32,000 nt of DNA from Candidatus Nanosynbacter lyticus. Its GTDB lineage: Bacteria > Patescibacteriota > Saccharimonadia > Saccharimonadales > Saccharimonadaceae. The notes beneath the pieces were generated by a model that saw only the letters and a program-made list of their open reading frames with translations, was not told the DNA's origin and did no database searches. Where the stretch lies: NCBI RefSeq assembly GCF_030253515.1, contig NZ_CP124549.1, positions 390,001 to 422,000 of the forward strand. Direction: 5' to 3'. Made by a program: the position numbers and the translations under genes. Position 1 is the first letter of the stretch. Every line of letters starts with the position of its first letter. This document shows, piece after piece, positions 22,086-30,275 of this stretch.

Positions 22086-23003
22086 TTAAAACTCCAACTC
22101 CGCCATCTTGTCACGTACTTCATCCAGCGCCTTTGAGCCAAAGCCTTTCAATTCTCGCAAATCTTGCTCGGTCAACGTCACCAGGTCGCGAATGGTGCGG
22201 ATTTCATTGTTAATCAGCGCGTTTGTCGTGCGGGCGCTGAGGTTTAATTCTTCAATTGACATGTCAAGTTCCGAATCATCTGCCTCGTCGTTACCCAGCG
22301 CTGGCGCACCAGTTACCACAGTCGAGCCTGCCAGCGCGCTATATTGGCTGACGAGGATAGCCGCTGCTTCCTCAAAGGCTTCGCGCGGTGTCAATGTGCC
22401 GTCGGTCTCCACCGTCAGGGCGAGCTTCTCGAGGTTGGTCTCGTCGCCAACGCGTGTCGAGTCAACCTTGTAGCGAACGCGCAGCACCGGTGTAAAGATA
22501 GCGTCGAGCGCGATCATGTCGGAGTGCAACCGATTGGCACTCGACTCTTCAATCGTCTGATAGCCACGGCCAGCTTCTGCCACCAAGTCCATAATGACGG
22601 TCTTGTTCGGATCATCGATGGTAGCGATGATGTGGTCTGGGTTAACAACTTCTACTTCGCCGTTTGCTTGGATGTCGCCAGCGGTGATAACACCACCAGT
22701 TTTTTCCAGACGCAGCTCAACTGGCTCGTCAGTGTGAACGCGGAGTCGCACACCCTTTAGGTTCAGCATGATGTCGACGACATCTTCTTTGACGCCCTCG
22801 ACAGTGGTGAACTCGTGTGTCGCACCCTCGATACGAAAGGCAACGATCGCGCCACCGCGAATGCTCGAGAGTAGTACGCGGCGCATTGAGTTACCCAGTG
22901 TATTGCCATAGCCAGCGTGCATCGGCTCGATCAGAAAGGTCGCACTGGTCGCAGAGGTGTCATCAACGCTCGCGAGTGCTGGATTGTAAATTGCTTTTGC
23001 CAT
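22086..23003 (-). CDS. rpoA: DNA-directed RNA polymerase subunit alpha
   Basis: FLIEPMHAGYGNTLGNSMRRVLLSSIRGGA, and a C-terminal domain ELNLSARTTNALINNEIRTIRDLV. Confidence 0.95.
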   Translation of the reverse strand: MAKAIYNPALASVDDTSATSATFLIEPMHAGYGNTLGNSMRRVLLSSIRGGAIVAFRIEGATHEFTTVEGVKEDVVDIMLNLKGVRLRVHTDEPVELRLEKTGGVITAGDIQANGEVEVVNPDHIIATIDDPNKTVIMDLVAEAGRGYQTIEESSANRLHSDMIALDAIFTPVLRVRYKVDSTRVGDETNLEKLALTVETDGTLTPREAFEEAAAILVSQYSALAGSTVVTGAPALGNDEADDSELDMSIEELNLSARTTNALINNEIRTIRDLVTLTEQDLRELKGFGSKALDEVRDKMAELEF

Positions 23004-23024
23004 AATTCTTCCCTAACCCTTCTT

Positions 23025-23645
23025 TTATCGTGAGTAATACTCAACAATTAATTGCTCGTTGATGTCAGCTTCTGCTTCCTCGCGCTTCGGCAGTCCAGTC
23101 ACTTCAATCTTTAGCTTCTTGCTGTCACTCTTTAGCCAGCTCAGTGGGCCTTGGATTGAATTGTTGATCACGTCGTCAATGTGCGTAAAGTACTCAGATT
23201 TGGTGCTCTTTGGGCGAACGGTGATGACGTCACCAGCCTTGACACGAATCGATGGGATATCGACGCGGCGGCCATTTAATTCAAAGTGGCCGTGGCTGAC
23301 CAACTGGCGAGCAGCGCGGCGGCTAACAGCGAACCCAGAACGATAAACGACATTGTCCAGGCGGCGTTCCAACAATTTCAACAGGTTCTCACCCGCCAAG
23401 CCTTCCTGAGCGCGAGTTGCCTCGTTCATCAGCCGAGCAAATTGCTTTTCCACCAAACCGTACAGGCGGCGAACTTTTTGCTTTTCGCGCAGCTGTGTAG
23501 CGTACAGGCTTGGCTTACTTTGGCGGCCGTGCGCGTGCTGGCCTGGAATGCCAGATTTTCGCGCCAAAACTTTATGTGCTTTTGGATGAAGCGCATAACC
23601 TTCGCGGCGGCTTTGCTTGACAATCGGTGAATTATCTCGTGCCAT
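23025..23645 (-). CDS. rpsD: 30S ribosomal protein S4
   Basis: YATQLREKQKVRRLYGLVEKQF...LERRLDNVVYRSGFAVSRRAARQLVSHGHFELNGRRVDIPS. Confidence 0.95.
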   Translation of the reverse strand: MARDNSPIVKQSRREGYALHPKAHKVLARKSGIPGQHAHGRQSKPSLYATQLREKQKVRRLYGLVEKQFARLMNEATRAQEGLAGENLLKLLERRLDNVVYRSGFAVSRRAARQLVSHGHFELNGRRVDIPSIRVKAGDVITVRPKSTKSEYFTHIDDVINNSIQGPLSWLKSDSKKLKIEVTGLPKREEAEADINEQLIVEYYSR

Positions 23646-23647
23646 AA

Positions 23648-24037
23648 TTATGCCCTCCGTGCCTTTCGTGGACGAACGCCGCCGTGAGGCACGCCAGTTA
23701 CGTCCTTAATGCTTTCTACTGAGATGTCGAACGCGCCAACCGCGCGAATAGCGGCATCACGGCCCAAGCCGACACCTTTGACGAAAACGTCAACTGATTT
23801 CAAACCATATTGAGTCTTCGCAGCTTCAGCAGCTTTTTCAGCAGCAACCTGTGAAGCATAGGCAGTACCTTTTTTGCTGCCGCGGAAGCCGCATGCCCCA
23901 GCTGATGAAGCGGTCAATACGTTACCCTTCTTGTCAGAAAAGGTAACAATGGTGTTGTTAAATGTTGCTTGAATATGCAGCTGACCAGCTGGGACTGATC
24001 GGCGCTGCTTCTTCTTGGTAGATTTTGCGTCTGCCAT
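23648..24037 (-). CDS. rpsK: 30S ribosomal protein S11
   Basis: LHIQATFNNTIVTFSDKKGNVLTASSAGACGFRGSKKGTAYASQ...GVRPRKARR. Confidence 0.95.
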   Translation of the reverse strand: MADAKSTKKKQRRSVPAGQLHIQATFNNTIVTFSDKKGNVLTASSAGACGFRGSKKGTAYASQVAAEKAAEAAKTQYGLKSVDVFVKGVGLGRDAAIRAVGAFDISVESIKDVTGVPHGGVRPRKARRA

Positions 24038-24052
24038 TTCTTAGTCCTTTCT

Positions 24053-24439
24053 TTAGGTCTTACTTGCTGCTTTTGGTTGTGTACCGCCCACGGCGATGGC
24101 GCGACCCTTGCGAGTTCGTGCATTCGTACGAGTCCGCTGTCCGCGTGTCGGCAGTCCTGCTTTGTGGCGAAGACCGCGATAGGCGTTGATATCCTTCAAG
24201 CGCTTAATGTTGTTAGTTACCAAGCGCTGGAGATCACCTTCGACGGTGTATTCGCTGTCGATAATTTCGCGAATCTTGTTTTCTTCAGCCTCGGTGAGAT
24301 CTTTCACCCGAGTGGTCGGCTCAATCTTAGCCGCCGCAAGGATGCTCGAAGCGTGCTTCGGCCCAATCCCATAAATATAGGTGAGCGCAATTTGCACCTG
24401 CTTCTCTGTTGGGATAACTACCCCAGCAATTCGAGCCAT
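24053..24439 (-). CDS. rpsM: 30S ribosomal protein S13
   Basis: [30 protein letters not shown]...[23 protein letters not shown]. Confidence 0.95.
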   Translation of the reverse strand: MARIAGVVIPTEKQVQIALTYIYGIGPKHASSILAAAKIEPTTRVKDLTEAEENKIREIIDSEYTVEGDLQRLVTNNIKRLKDINAYRGLRHKAGLPTRGQRTRTNARTRKGRAIAVGGTQPKAASKT

Positions 24440-24441
24440 GC

Positions 24442-24570
24442 TTAACCCTGCCTTTGCTTGTTCTTAGGTTTTCTTTTGTTGATGACGTACAGGCGGCCTT
24501 TGCGGCGGACTAGCTTGTCACCTTTCTTGGGATCTTTGTCGATCTTCTTGACACTTGCACGAACTTTCAT
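24442..24570 (-). CDS. rpmJ: 50S ribosomal protein L36, Cys-less (non-zinc) variant with an internal insertion
   Basis: Below the ORF-track size cut-off. Manual translation [42 protein letters not shown]. Canonical position between infA and rpsM. Confidence 0.85.
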   Translation of the reverse strand: MKVRASVKKIDKDPKKGDKLVRRKGRLYVINKRKPKNKQRQG

Positions 24571-24621
24571 AAAGTGCTCTGAAATCTCCCTTCCCGAGTA
24601 AACCCGAGATTATCGTTAGTA

Positions 24622-24888
24622 TTATGACGAGCGCCGCGTGTTTCTCGCCACGTGCGCTGGTCGCTCCTCCTTGAGGCGAAAGACGATGCGACCCTTTGTG
24701 AGATCGTAAGGAGTCATCTCGACTTCCACCCTATCACCAGGCACCAGGCGGATGTAATTCTTGCGCATCCGTCCCGAAATGTGCGCGATGATACTATGGC
24801 CATTCTCCAGTTCCACCCGAAATTGAGTATTAGGCAGTGCTTCCACCACCTTACCAATCATCTTGATGACTTCCTTTTGACTCGCCAT
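24622..24888 (-). CDS. infA: translation initiation factor IF-1 (C-terminally extended)
   Basis: [64 protein letters not shown]. Confidence 0.95.
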   Translation of the reverse strand: MASQKEVIKMIGKVVEALPNTQFRVELENGHSIIAHISGRMRKNYIRLVPGDRVEVEMTPYDLTKGRIVFRLKEERPAHVARNTRRSS

Positions 24889-24926
24889 AAGTTACAGTTG
24901 TCAATTATACCGTATCGTCTCGGCGA

Positions 24927-26390
24927 TTACAAGAGGGACGAGCGTCGTTTTTTCGACTTTTTCTTGGTCAGTTCGTCTGGGTCAAAGTCGTCATAGGTAA
25001 CCATCAGAGCGCGCGAGTTGAGCTGGCGTAGTGACTCCAGGCCGACTGAGACCACGATGAGCAGCCCGGTACCGCCGATCGACAAGCGTGAGCCGCGGAT
25101 TGCCGCTAGGTGATACATTAAATATTCAGCGACAAACGGCAAGATGGCGATGATACCGAGGACGATTGAACCGAACAAGATCAAGCGATTGACGGTGCGC
25201 ATCAGATATTTCTCGGTTTGCTCGCCCGGCCGAATACCCTCGATGAAGCCGCCCTGCTTTTGCAGATTCTCGGCGATTTCGTTGGCGTTAAAGACGATCC
25301 CGGTGTAGAAATAGGTAAAGGCAATGACCAGGAGGAAATACAGCGTCGGATAAATGAATGCCTCCCACGTACTGCCGGTAAAGGAGCCTGGGTTGGGTGC
25401 CTGGAACCACGTGATCAGGGTGTTGGCGGTGTTTTGCAGATCTGGATTGCCCGAGGCCTTCATGACTTGGCCGATGAATTGCGGTAAGCTGAGGAAGGCA
25501 ACGGCAAAGATGACCGGGATGACGCCGGCGGCGATCAGCTTGACCGGCAGGATGCTCTTGATGCCGCCGTAGCTGGAGTTGCCATGAACGCGCTTGGCGT
25601 AGTTGATGGTGATGACGCGCTGGGCTTCGTTAATTTTCACCAGGAAGTAGAGAACGATGAGTGAGGCGATAGCCATGATCACCACCAGCCAAAAGACGGT
25701 TGGATTCACTGGCAAGGTAAACCAGTTAAAGACATTCAGGCCACCAGCCGAAGTGTTGCCGAGCGACGAAATGAGCGAACCAAGCATCTGCGGAATCTGG
25801 CTGATGATACCAGCGAAAATCAAGATAGAGATACCATTACCGATACCTTGCTCGGTGATCAATTCACCCAGCCACATGAGCAGGACTGATCCGGCTGTCA
25901 TTGCCGTCACGCCAACTGTCCACTCGAGCATCGTCGGATCGCTCAGCGTGGTCGTACCACCAGCCAGCACCGTCTGGCGCAAGAGGAAGATAAAGGCGAT
26001 CGACTGGACGATGGCCAGCGGAATAGTCAGCCGCCGCGTCCACTGCTGGATCTTGCGCCTGCCTGATTCGCCGTCCTTATGTAGCTCTTCAAGCTTTGGG
26101 ATGGCCTTGGTGAGCAGCTGGGTGATGATGCTGGCGGTAATGAATGGGCTGAGTCCAACCAGTACGAGTGAAAAGCTCGCTAGCGCGCCGCCCGAGAGCA
26201 AGTTCAAGAACCCGCCGAGGTCAGTCTGCCCCAGCGCCGCTGCCAGTGCCGTCTTCATCTGTGTCGGATTCGCCAGCGGCACCGGAATATGCGCCAGCAT
26301 TCGATACACCACAATAATCCCCACCACAATGGCCAGGCGTTTCTGCATATCTTTATTTTTCAGCGACCGGAAAATTATTCTCCAATTCAT
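24927..26390 (-). CDS. secY: preprotein translocase subunit SecY
   Basis: Ten predicted TM segments. IPVP...LSGGALASFSLVLVGLSPFITASIITQLL and GFIEGIRPGEQTEKYL motifs. Basic C-terminal tail. Confidence 0.95.
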   Translation of the reverse strand: MNWRIIFRSLKNKDMQKRLAIVVGIIVVYRMLAHIPVPLANPTQMKTALAAALGQTDLGGFLNLLSGGALASFSLVLVGLSPFITASIITQLLTKAIPKLEELHKDGESGRRKIQQWTRRLTIPLAIVQSIAFIFLLRQTVLAGGTTTLSDPTMLEWTVGVTAMTAGSVLLMWLGELITEQGIGNGISILIFAGIISQIPQMLGSLISSLGNTSAGGLNVFNWFTLPVNPTVFWLVVIMAIASLIVLYFLVKINEAQRVITINYAKRVHGNSSYGGIKSILPVKLIAAGVIPVIFAVAFLSLPQFIGQVMKASGNPDLQNTANTLITWFQAPNPGSFTGSTWEAFIYPTLYFLLVIAFTYFYTGIVFNANEIAENLQKQGGFIEGIRPGEQTEKYLMRTVNRLILFGSIVLGIIAILPFVAEYLMYHLAAIRGSRLSIGGTGLLIVVSVGLESLRQLNSRALMVTYDDFDPDELTKKKSKKRRSSLL

Positions 26391-26528
26391 GTTTTAGCCC
26401 CTCATAGTCACTAACAATTCTTAACTCTGTTAATTATACATGACCGCGGCCAATATTTCCATACTAAAAACATAAAGCACATGCGCTATAATTGAAATAA
26501 TTAACATAACGCAAGATTGAGGTGTCAT

Positions 26529-27236
26529 ATGCAACAGCAGCCCGAAACTCCAGTAACTCCATCGTCAATGCCGCAGCTAAACCCAGAATTACCGCCACAT
26601 CGTCCGCCAAAGAAAAGTAAGTTATGGCTATGGATTACACTGGCGATTGTCGGCGTGTTGGTGATAGTCGGGGTCATCGTAACAATTATTATTGTGTCGA
26701 ATAGCTCCACTTCTTCAGCTGATACAACAACTTCACGTCAGCGAGCAACCAAGCCTGATAAGAAGAATAATGATAATGAGGAGGATGGAGACAATTGGCA
26801 AGGCTCAACTACGAAGGCCACAAAATGCCTAACGTCTGCAGATTTTCGAAGATCTGGCTATACGCACGTAAAGGATGGCTATTTTGTGTTAGAGAACGGC
26901 AAATTTAACTTTCGTAGCATTCTCTTTAAGCCAGATTCAACGCAGTACCAACGTGGAACTTCCAACGTTGAAATGGCTAAGCTAGGAATGCTTTACAAAT
27001 TTAATACTGACAAGCAATTTTCGATTGAACTGGTCCCCAATGAGACGAGCGAGAAGTCGAAGCTGGCTTTGGAGCGTGCCGATAAGATTAAGCACGATTT
27101 GGTATCTAATGGAATTCCAGAGCGTAAGATTACTGTTTCTGAGCCAACGGTCGCCGATCATGACAATAGCGACGATACGGCCGACGGGCGTGTAACGATT
27201 TATTTCGTTGCACCGCAGAAATGTAGCGAAAAGTAA
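26529..27236 (+). CDS. membrane-anchored protein with a degenerate OmpA/MotB-like C-terminal domain
   Basis: Pro-rich N-terminus and a single TM (LWLWITLAIVGVLVIVGVIVTIIIV). C-terminus SIELVPNETSEKSKLALERADKIKHDLVSNGIPERKITVSEP...DGRVTIYFV resembles the OmpA_C pattern (…LS..RA..V...L...G…NRRVEI). GAGGTG SD before the ATG at 26529. Confidence 0.45.
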   Translation: MQQQPETPVTPSSMPQLNPELPPHRPPKKSKLWLWITLAIVGVLVIVGVIVTIIIVSNSSTSSADTTTSRQRATKPDKKNNDNEEDGDNWQGSTTKATKCLTSADFRRSGYTHVKDGYFVLENGKFNFRSILFKPDSTQYQRGTSNVEMAKLGMLYKFNTDKQFSIELVPNETSEKSKLALERADKIKHDLVSNGIPERKITVSEPTVADHDNSDDTADGRVTIYFVAPQKCSEK

Positions 27237-27256
27237 TCCGACTCACCAAGATAAAA

Positions 27257-27288
27257 GAAAATCCCCTTCTTTTACGAAGGGGATTTTC
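27257..27288. terminator. bidirectional intrinsic terminator between convergent rplO and the OmpA-like gene
   Basis: Perfect 13-bp inverted repeat GAAAATCCCCTTC-TTTTAC-GAAGGGGATTTTC. A/T runs on both sides are part of the arms. Confidence 0.8.
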
Positions 27289-27305
27289 TAGTTACTAAAG
27301 GAAGA

Positions 27306-27779
27306 TTATTTTTCTTCGGCTTCTTTCATGCTTTTACGCAAGGGCGTAGCGACTTTCTCAAATGAGCCGCCAGCTTTTTCAATCGCTTCGACGACTGAAG
27401 CGGAAGCAGCTTGCACCTTCAAGTCAACCTTGGCTTTCAATTCACCGCGGGCGATCACCTTGACCGTGTGGAACGGCGTCGCGATGTAGCCTTCGGTAAA
27501 TAGCAGTGCGTTGTCAACGGTTTTACCGTCAAATACATTCAAGTGGTCGAGGTAGACTACCTGAGCTGGTGTGCGCAGACTCTTGAAACCGCGAGCTTTT
27601 GGCACAGCCTGAGCCAGTGGACGCTGGCCGCCCTGGAACATGGCGCGAAGCTTTTTACCAGTGCGGGCGTTCTGACCCTTAGTACCACGGCCAGCGGTTT
27701 TACCCTGGCCAGCGGCGATACCGCGGCCAACACGCTTTTTATTCTTGTTTGCTGAAACTTGGAGATCGTTGTATTTCAT
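27306..27779 (-). CDS. rplO: 50S ribosomal protein L15
   Basis: KKRVGRGIAAGQGKTAGRGTKGQNARTG. The start overlaps the rpsE stop (TAATG). Confidence 0.95.
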   Translation of the reverse strand: MKYNDLQVSANKNKKRVGRGIAAGQGKTAGRGTKGQNARTGKKLRAMFQGGQRPLAQAVPKARGFKSLRTPAQVVYLDHLNVFDGKTVDNALLFTEGYIATPFHTVKVIARGELKAKVDLKVQAASASVVEAIEKAGGSFEKVATPLRKSMKEAEEK

Positions 27780-28366
27780 TACTTAGCCTCCTTTTTAGCA
27801 GCTTTTTTGACTGGCTGAACGCCCAGCCACTCTTCGCGTGGAACCAGTGATTTCAAGGCTTCAATGGTTGCGTAAGCGATGTTCACCTTGTTGGTTGAAC
27901 CAAGTGACTTGGTCAATAGGTTACGAACACCAGTCACACCGATGATCTGTCGCACCACACCACCAGCGATGATACCAGTACCAGGAGCGGCTGGCTTGAT
28001 CAGCACGCGGGCACCCGAGAACTTGACTTCGCTGTCGTGTGGAATGGTTTCGCCGCTCAGTGGCAAAGTGATCAAATGCTTCTTAGCAACTGAGGTCGCC
28101 TTAGCGACAGCAGCTTGTACGTCGGCACCCTTAGCCACACCAACACCGACCTTGTCTTTGCGGTTGCCGACAACCACCAACGCCTTAAAGCGGAAGCGGC
28201 GGCCACCTTTCACCACGCGGGACACGCGGTCAATGTTGATTACCAATTCTTCAAACTCTTTTGGTGCGTCATCGCGCACATTTCGCCGGTCATCGCGGCG
28301 ACCACCACGCGGACTGCGAGGCCGACGGCCTTCTGCGCGTGGGGTAGTATTTGCAGTGTCTGCCAT
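27779..28366 (-). CDS. rpsE: 30S ribosomal protein S5 (Arg-rich N-terminal extension)
   Basis: VINIDRVSRVVKGGRRFRFKALVVVGNRKDKVGVGVAKGADVQAAVAKA...GTGIIAGG. Start set at the ATG at 28366 (AGAGGA SD). Confidence 0.95.
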   Translation of the reverse strand: MADTANTTPRAEGRRPRSPRGGRRDDRRNVRDDAPKEFEELVINIDRVSRVVKGGRRFRFKALVVVGNRKDKVGVGVAKGADVQAAVAKATSVAKKHLITLPLSGETIPHDSEVKFSGARVLIKPAAPGTGIIAGGVVRQIIGVTGVRNLLTKSLGSTNKVNIAYATIEALKSLVPREEWLGVQPVKKAAKKEAK

Positions 28367-28367
28367 A

Positions 28368-28586
28368 CTAATCCTCTTTCTCTCCTTCTTCAATTCTAAC
28401 CTTCAACTCATGCAAAGCACTTCTAGGATCAATCGCCGCTGCAGCCATGGTGTGCAAGAGACCATCAATCTCACGTTCGACGACCTCACTTGGAGATATG
28501 CAGAGGCCTTTAAAGTTCTCTGGGTCCCCCTTGCGCGGGCCAGTGTAATAACGACGCTCAGTTTCTTTTGGTACATCCTTTACCAT
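28368..28586 (-). CDS. orphan 72-aa ORF exactly filling the rplR-rpsE spacer
   Basis: The ATG lies 1 nt after the rplR TAG, and its own TAG lies 1 nt before the rpsE ATG. The GGATTGGAG SD is inside the rplR 3-prime end. Translation MVKDVPKETERRYYTGPRKGDPENFKGLCISPSEVVEREIDGLLHTMAAAAIDPRSALHELKVRIEEGEKED. Composition matches the flanking genes. Confidence 0.5.
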   Translation of the reverse strand: MVKDVPKETERRYYTGPRKGDPENFKGLCISPSEVVEREIDGLLHTMAAAAIDPRSALHELKVRIEEGEKED

Positions 28587-28587
28587 A

Positions 28588-28938
28588 CTAGAACTCCAAT
28601 CCTTCTTGGCGCGCAGCATCAGCCAATGCTTTCAAGCGACCAGCGTACTGGCGGCCGTTGCGATCAAAGACTACTGCGCTAATTTTACTTTTCTTTGCTT
28701 TCTTGGCAATTTCAGTACCAATGGTGGCACATTTTTCGCTCATCGTACCTTTTGCTTTGGTGCCAACGGTGGTTGCGGCAGCTAATGTCTTACCAGCGAC
28801 GTCGTCGATCAGCTGAGCACTAACGTGCATGTTGCTGATGGTGACTGTCAGGCGTGGGTGCTCTGCAGTGCCTGAAACTTTGGCGCGAACGCGGTTTTTG
28901 CGAAGAGCGCGGTTGAGTAATTTCTTGTTTTCAGCCAT
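28588..28938 (-). CDS. rplR: 50S ribosomal protein L18
   Basis: RKNRVRAKVSGTAEHPRLTVTISNMHVSAQLIDD...VVFDRNGRQYAGRLKALADAARQEGLEF. Confidence 0.95.
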   Translation of the reverse strand: MAENKKLLNRALRKNRVRAKVSGTAEHPRLTVTISNMHVSAQLIDDVAGKTLAAATTVGTKAKGTMSEKCATIGTEIAKKAKKSKISAVVFDRNGRQYAGRLKALADAARQEGLEF

Positions 28939-28940
28939 GA

Positions 28941-29480
28941 TTACTTACCTGTCTTTCCTGCTTTGCGCAAAATCTGCTCGTCAGCGTACTTGATACCCTT
29001 ACCCTTGTATGGTTCAGGCTTCTTCAGTGCGCGGATTTCCGCAGCGACTTGGCCGACTTGCTGTTTATTGATACCGCTGACGATGATGGTCATCTTTTCG
29101 TTGGTAACGGTGATGCCCTCTGGGGCTTTGTATTTGACTGGGTGTGAAAACCCGAGCGCCATTTCCAGCTCGTTGTTGCTGGAGCTGACGCGGAAACCGA
29201 CACCATTGACCTCGAGACGCTTCTCGTAGCCCTTGGTAACGCCGATTACCATATTGTTGATCAGCGCGCGTATCAGACCGTGCTGGGCGCGAGCAGTTTT
29301 AGACTCATCCTTCGGATGAACCGTGACGTGTCCGTCTTCGACTTTCACCTCAACCGCTGGCGTGATGAATTGTGTCAATTCACCTTTCGGGCCTTTTACG
29401 ACCACGTCACCAGAGTCAACCGTGATTGTCACACCGGCCGGAATAATCACCGGCAGTTTTCCGATTCGACTCAGACTCAT
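28941..29480 (-). CDS. rplF: 50S ribosomal protein L6
   Basis: MSLSRIGKLPVIIPAGVTITVDSGDVVVKGPKGEL...GYEKRLEVNGVGFRV...PEPYKGKGIKY. Confidence 0.95.
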   Translation of the reverse strand: MSLSRIGKLPVIIPAGVTITVDSGDVVVKGPKGELTQFITPAVEVKVEDGHVTVHPKDESKTARAQHGLIRALINNMVIGVTKGYEKRLEVNGVGFRVSSSNNELEMALGFSHPVKYKAPEGITVTNEKMTIIVSGINKQQVGQVAAEIRALKKPEPYKGKGIKYADEQILRKAGKTGK

Positions 29481-29516
29481 TACTCACCTTTCATGTGATT
29501 TGATATTAACCCTGGT

Positions 29517-29546
29517 ATTTTAGCATGGATTAGGGGTAAAATGCAA
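29517..29546 (-). promoter_or_regulatory. putative promoter directly upstream of rplF
   Basis: Minus strand TTGCAT - 18 nt - (TGc)TAAAAT, then a 36-nt leader with an AAGGTGA SD. Confidence 0.5.
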
Positions 29547-29587
29547 GGCAGACTCTCACCGACCGTGTGCTACATAAATCGCGTTAA

Positions 29588-30079
29588 TTATATACCGTAA
29601 CGTTCTTTTGCGATATTCAGTAGGAGTTCGTATGCCCAACCAACTATCTTTTTCTCGCTTAGCTCCGATAATCTCTTATCGCCATGGAATAGGTTACAGC
29701 GTATAGTATATATAATATCCGCAAGATTTTCTAAATCTAAATCTTCTTCATTCCTAAGATACTTTTTCTTTTCATTTTTCATATTTTTAACACTTAATCT
29801 CTCTTCGGGCTTTGTACTCTTGAAATCCCTGATTATACACTCTCTGTTCGTACTCACATATTCTCCCGCTATGCTTTTGAAATATTCTTTGAATCTATCT
29901 GGCTCTAGATGTTTTTCCGAATACATATTGTAACTACGATTATATGCAGTCCAAAGTATCATGAAACGAATAATCGATCTGTCATCATCATTGAATGTAT
30001 AATTAATAGCATTCTCTAAGCTATTTATATATTCTATGTTTTCCTTTATATTCTTTGCACTTTCTCTTTCTATAGTCAT
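29588..30079 (-). CDS. hypothetical all-helical protein with an Rx4H (HEPN-like) motif; very AT-rich
   Basis: 163 aa. LADIIYTIRCNLFHGDK contains R-x4-H followed by G, as in HEPN RNase families. Helical periodicity throughout. Hand-counted GC is about 25% (29701-29760), against about 57% in rplF (29281-29340). Confidence 0.4.
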   Translation of the reverse strand: MTIERESAKNIKENIEYINSLENAINYTFNDDDRSIIRFMILWTAYNRSYNMYSEKHLEPDRFKEYFKSIAGEYVSTNRECIIRDFKSTKPEERLSVKNMKNEKKKYLRNEEDLDLENLADIIYTIRCNLFHGDKRLSELSEKKIVGWAYELLLNIAKERYGI

Positions 30080-30275
30080 ATCATTTCATTCCTTATATCC
30101 ATAATATAGTGTTTACTCAAGCGTCATACCGCTTCGTATTCATCATTGTAACAGAATAGCAAGCAACCGGTCGGTCAGGCACTAAGCATCAACCCTACTG
30201 ACTAACCGCAAATTATTTTGATAGTTTACTTACCTATAGACATGTATCCTGAGACCATCGTAAGTATGCTAACAT

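Noticed and set aside
25657-28682. Long plus-strand ORFs 25657..26397 (246 aa) and 27879..28682 (267 aa), plus many 60-150-aa ORFs antisense to annotated genes
   Set aside because: They lie antisense to secY and to rpsE/orf72/rplR, which carry unmistakable motifs. Their products are low-complexity (S/P/R/A-rich). These are typical stop-free antisense frames in moderately GC-rich coding DNA.
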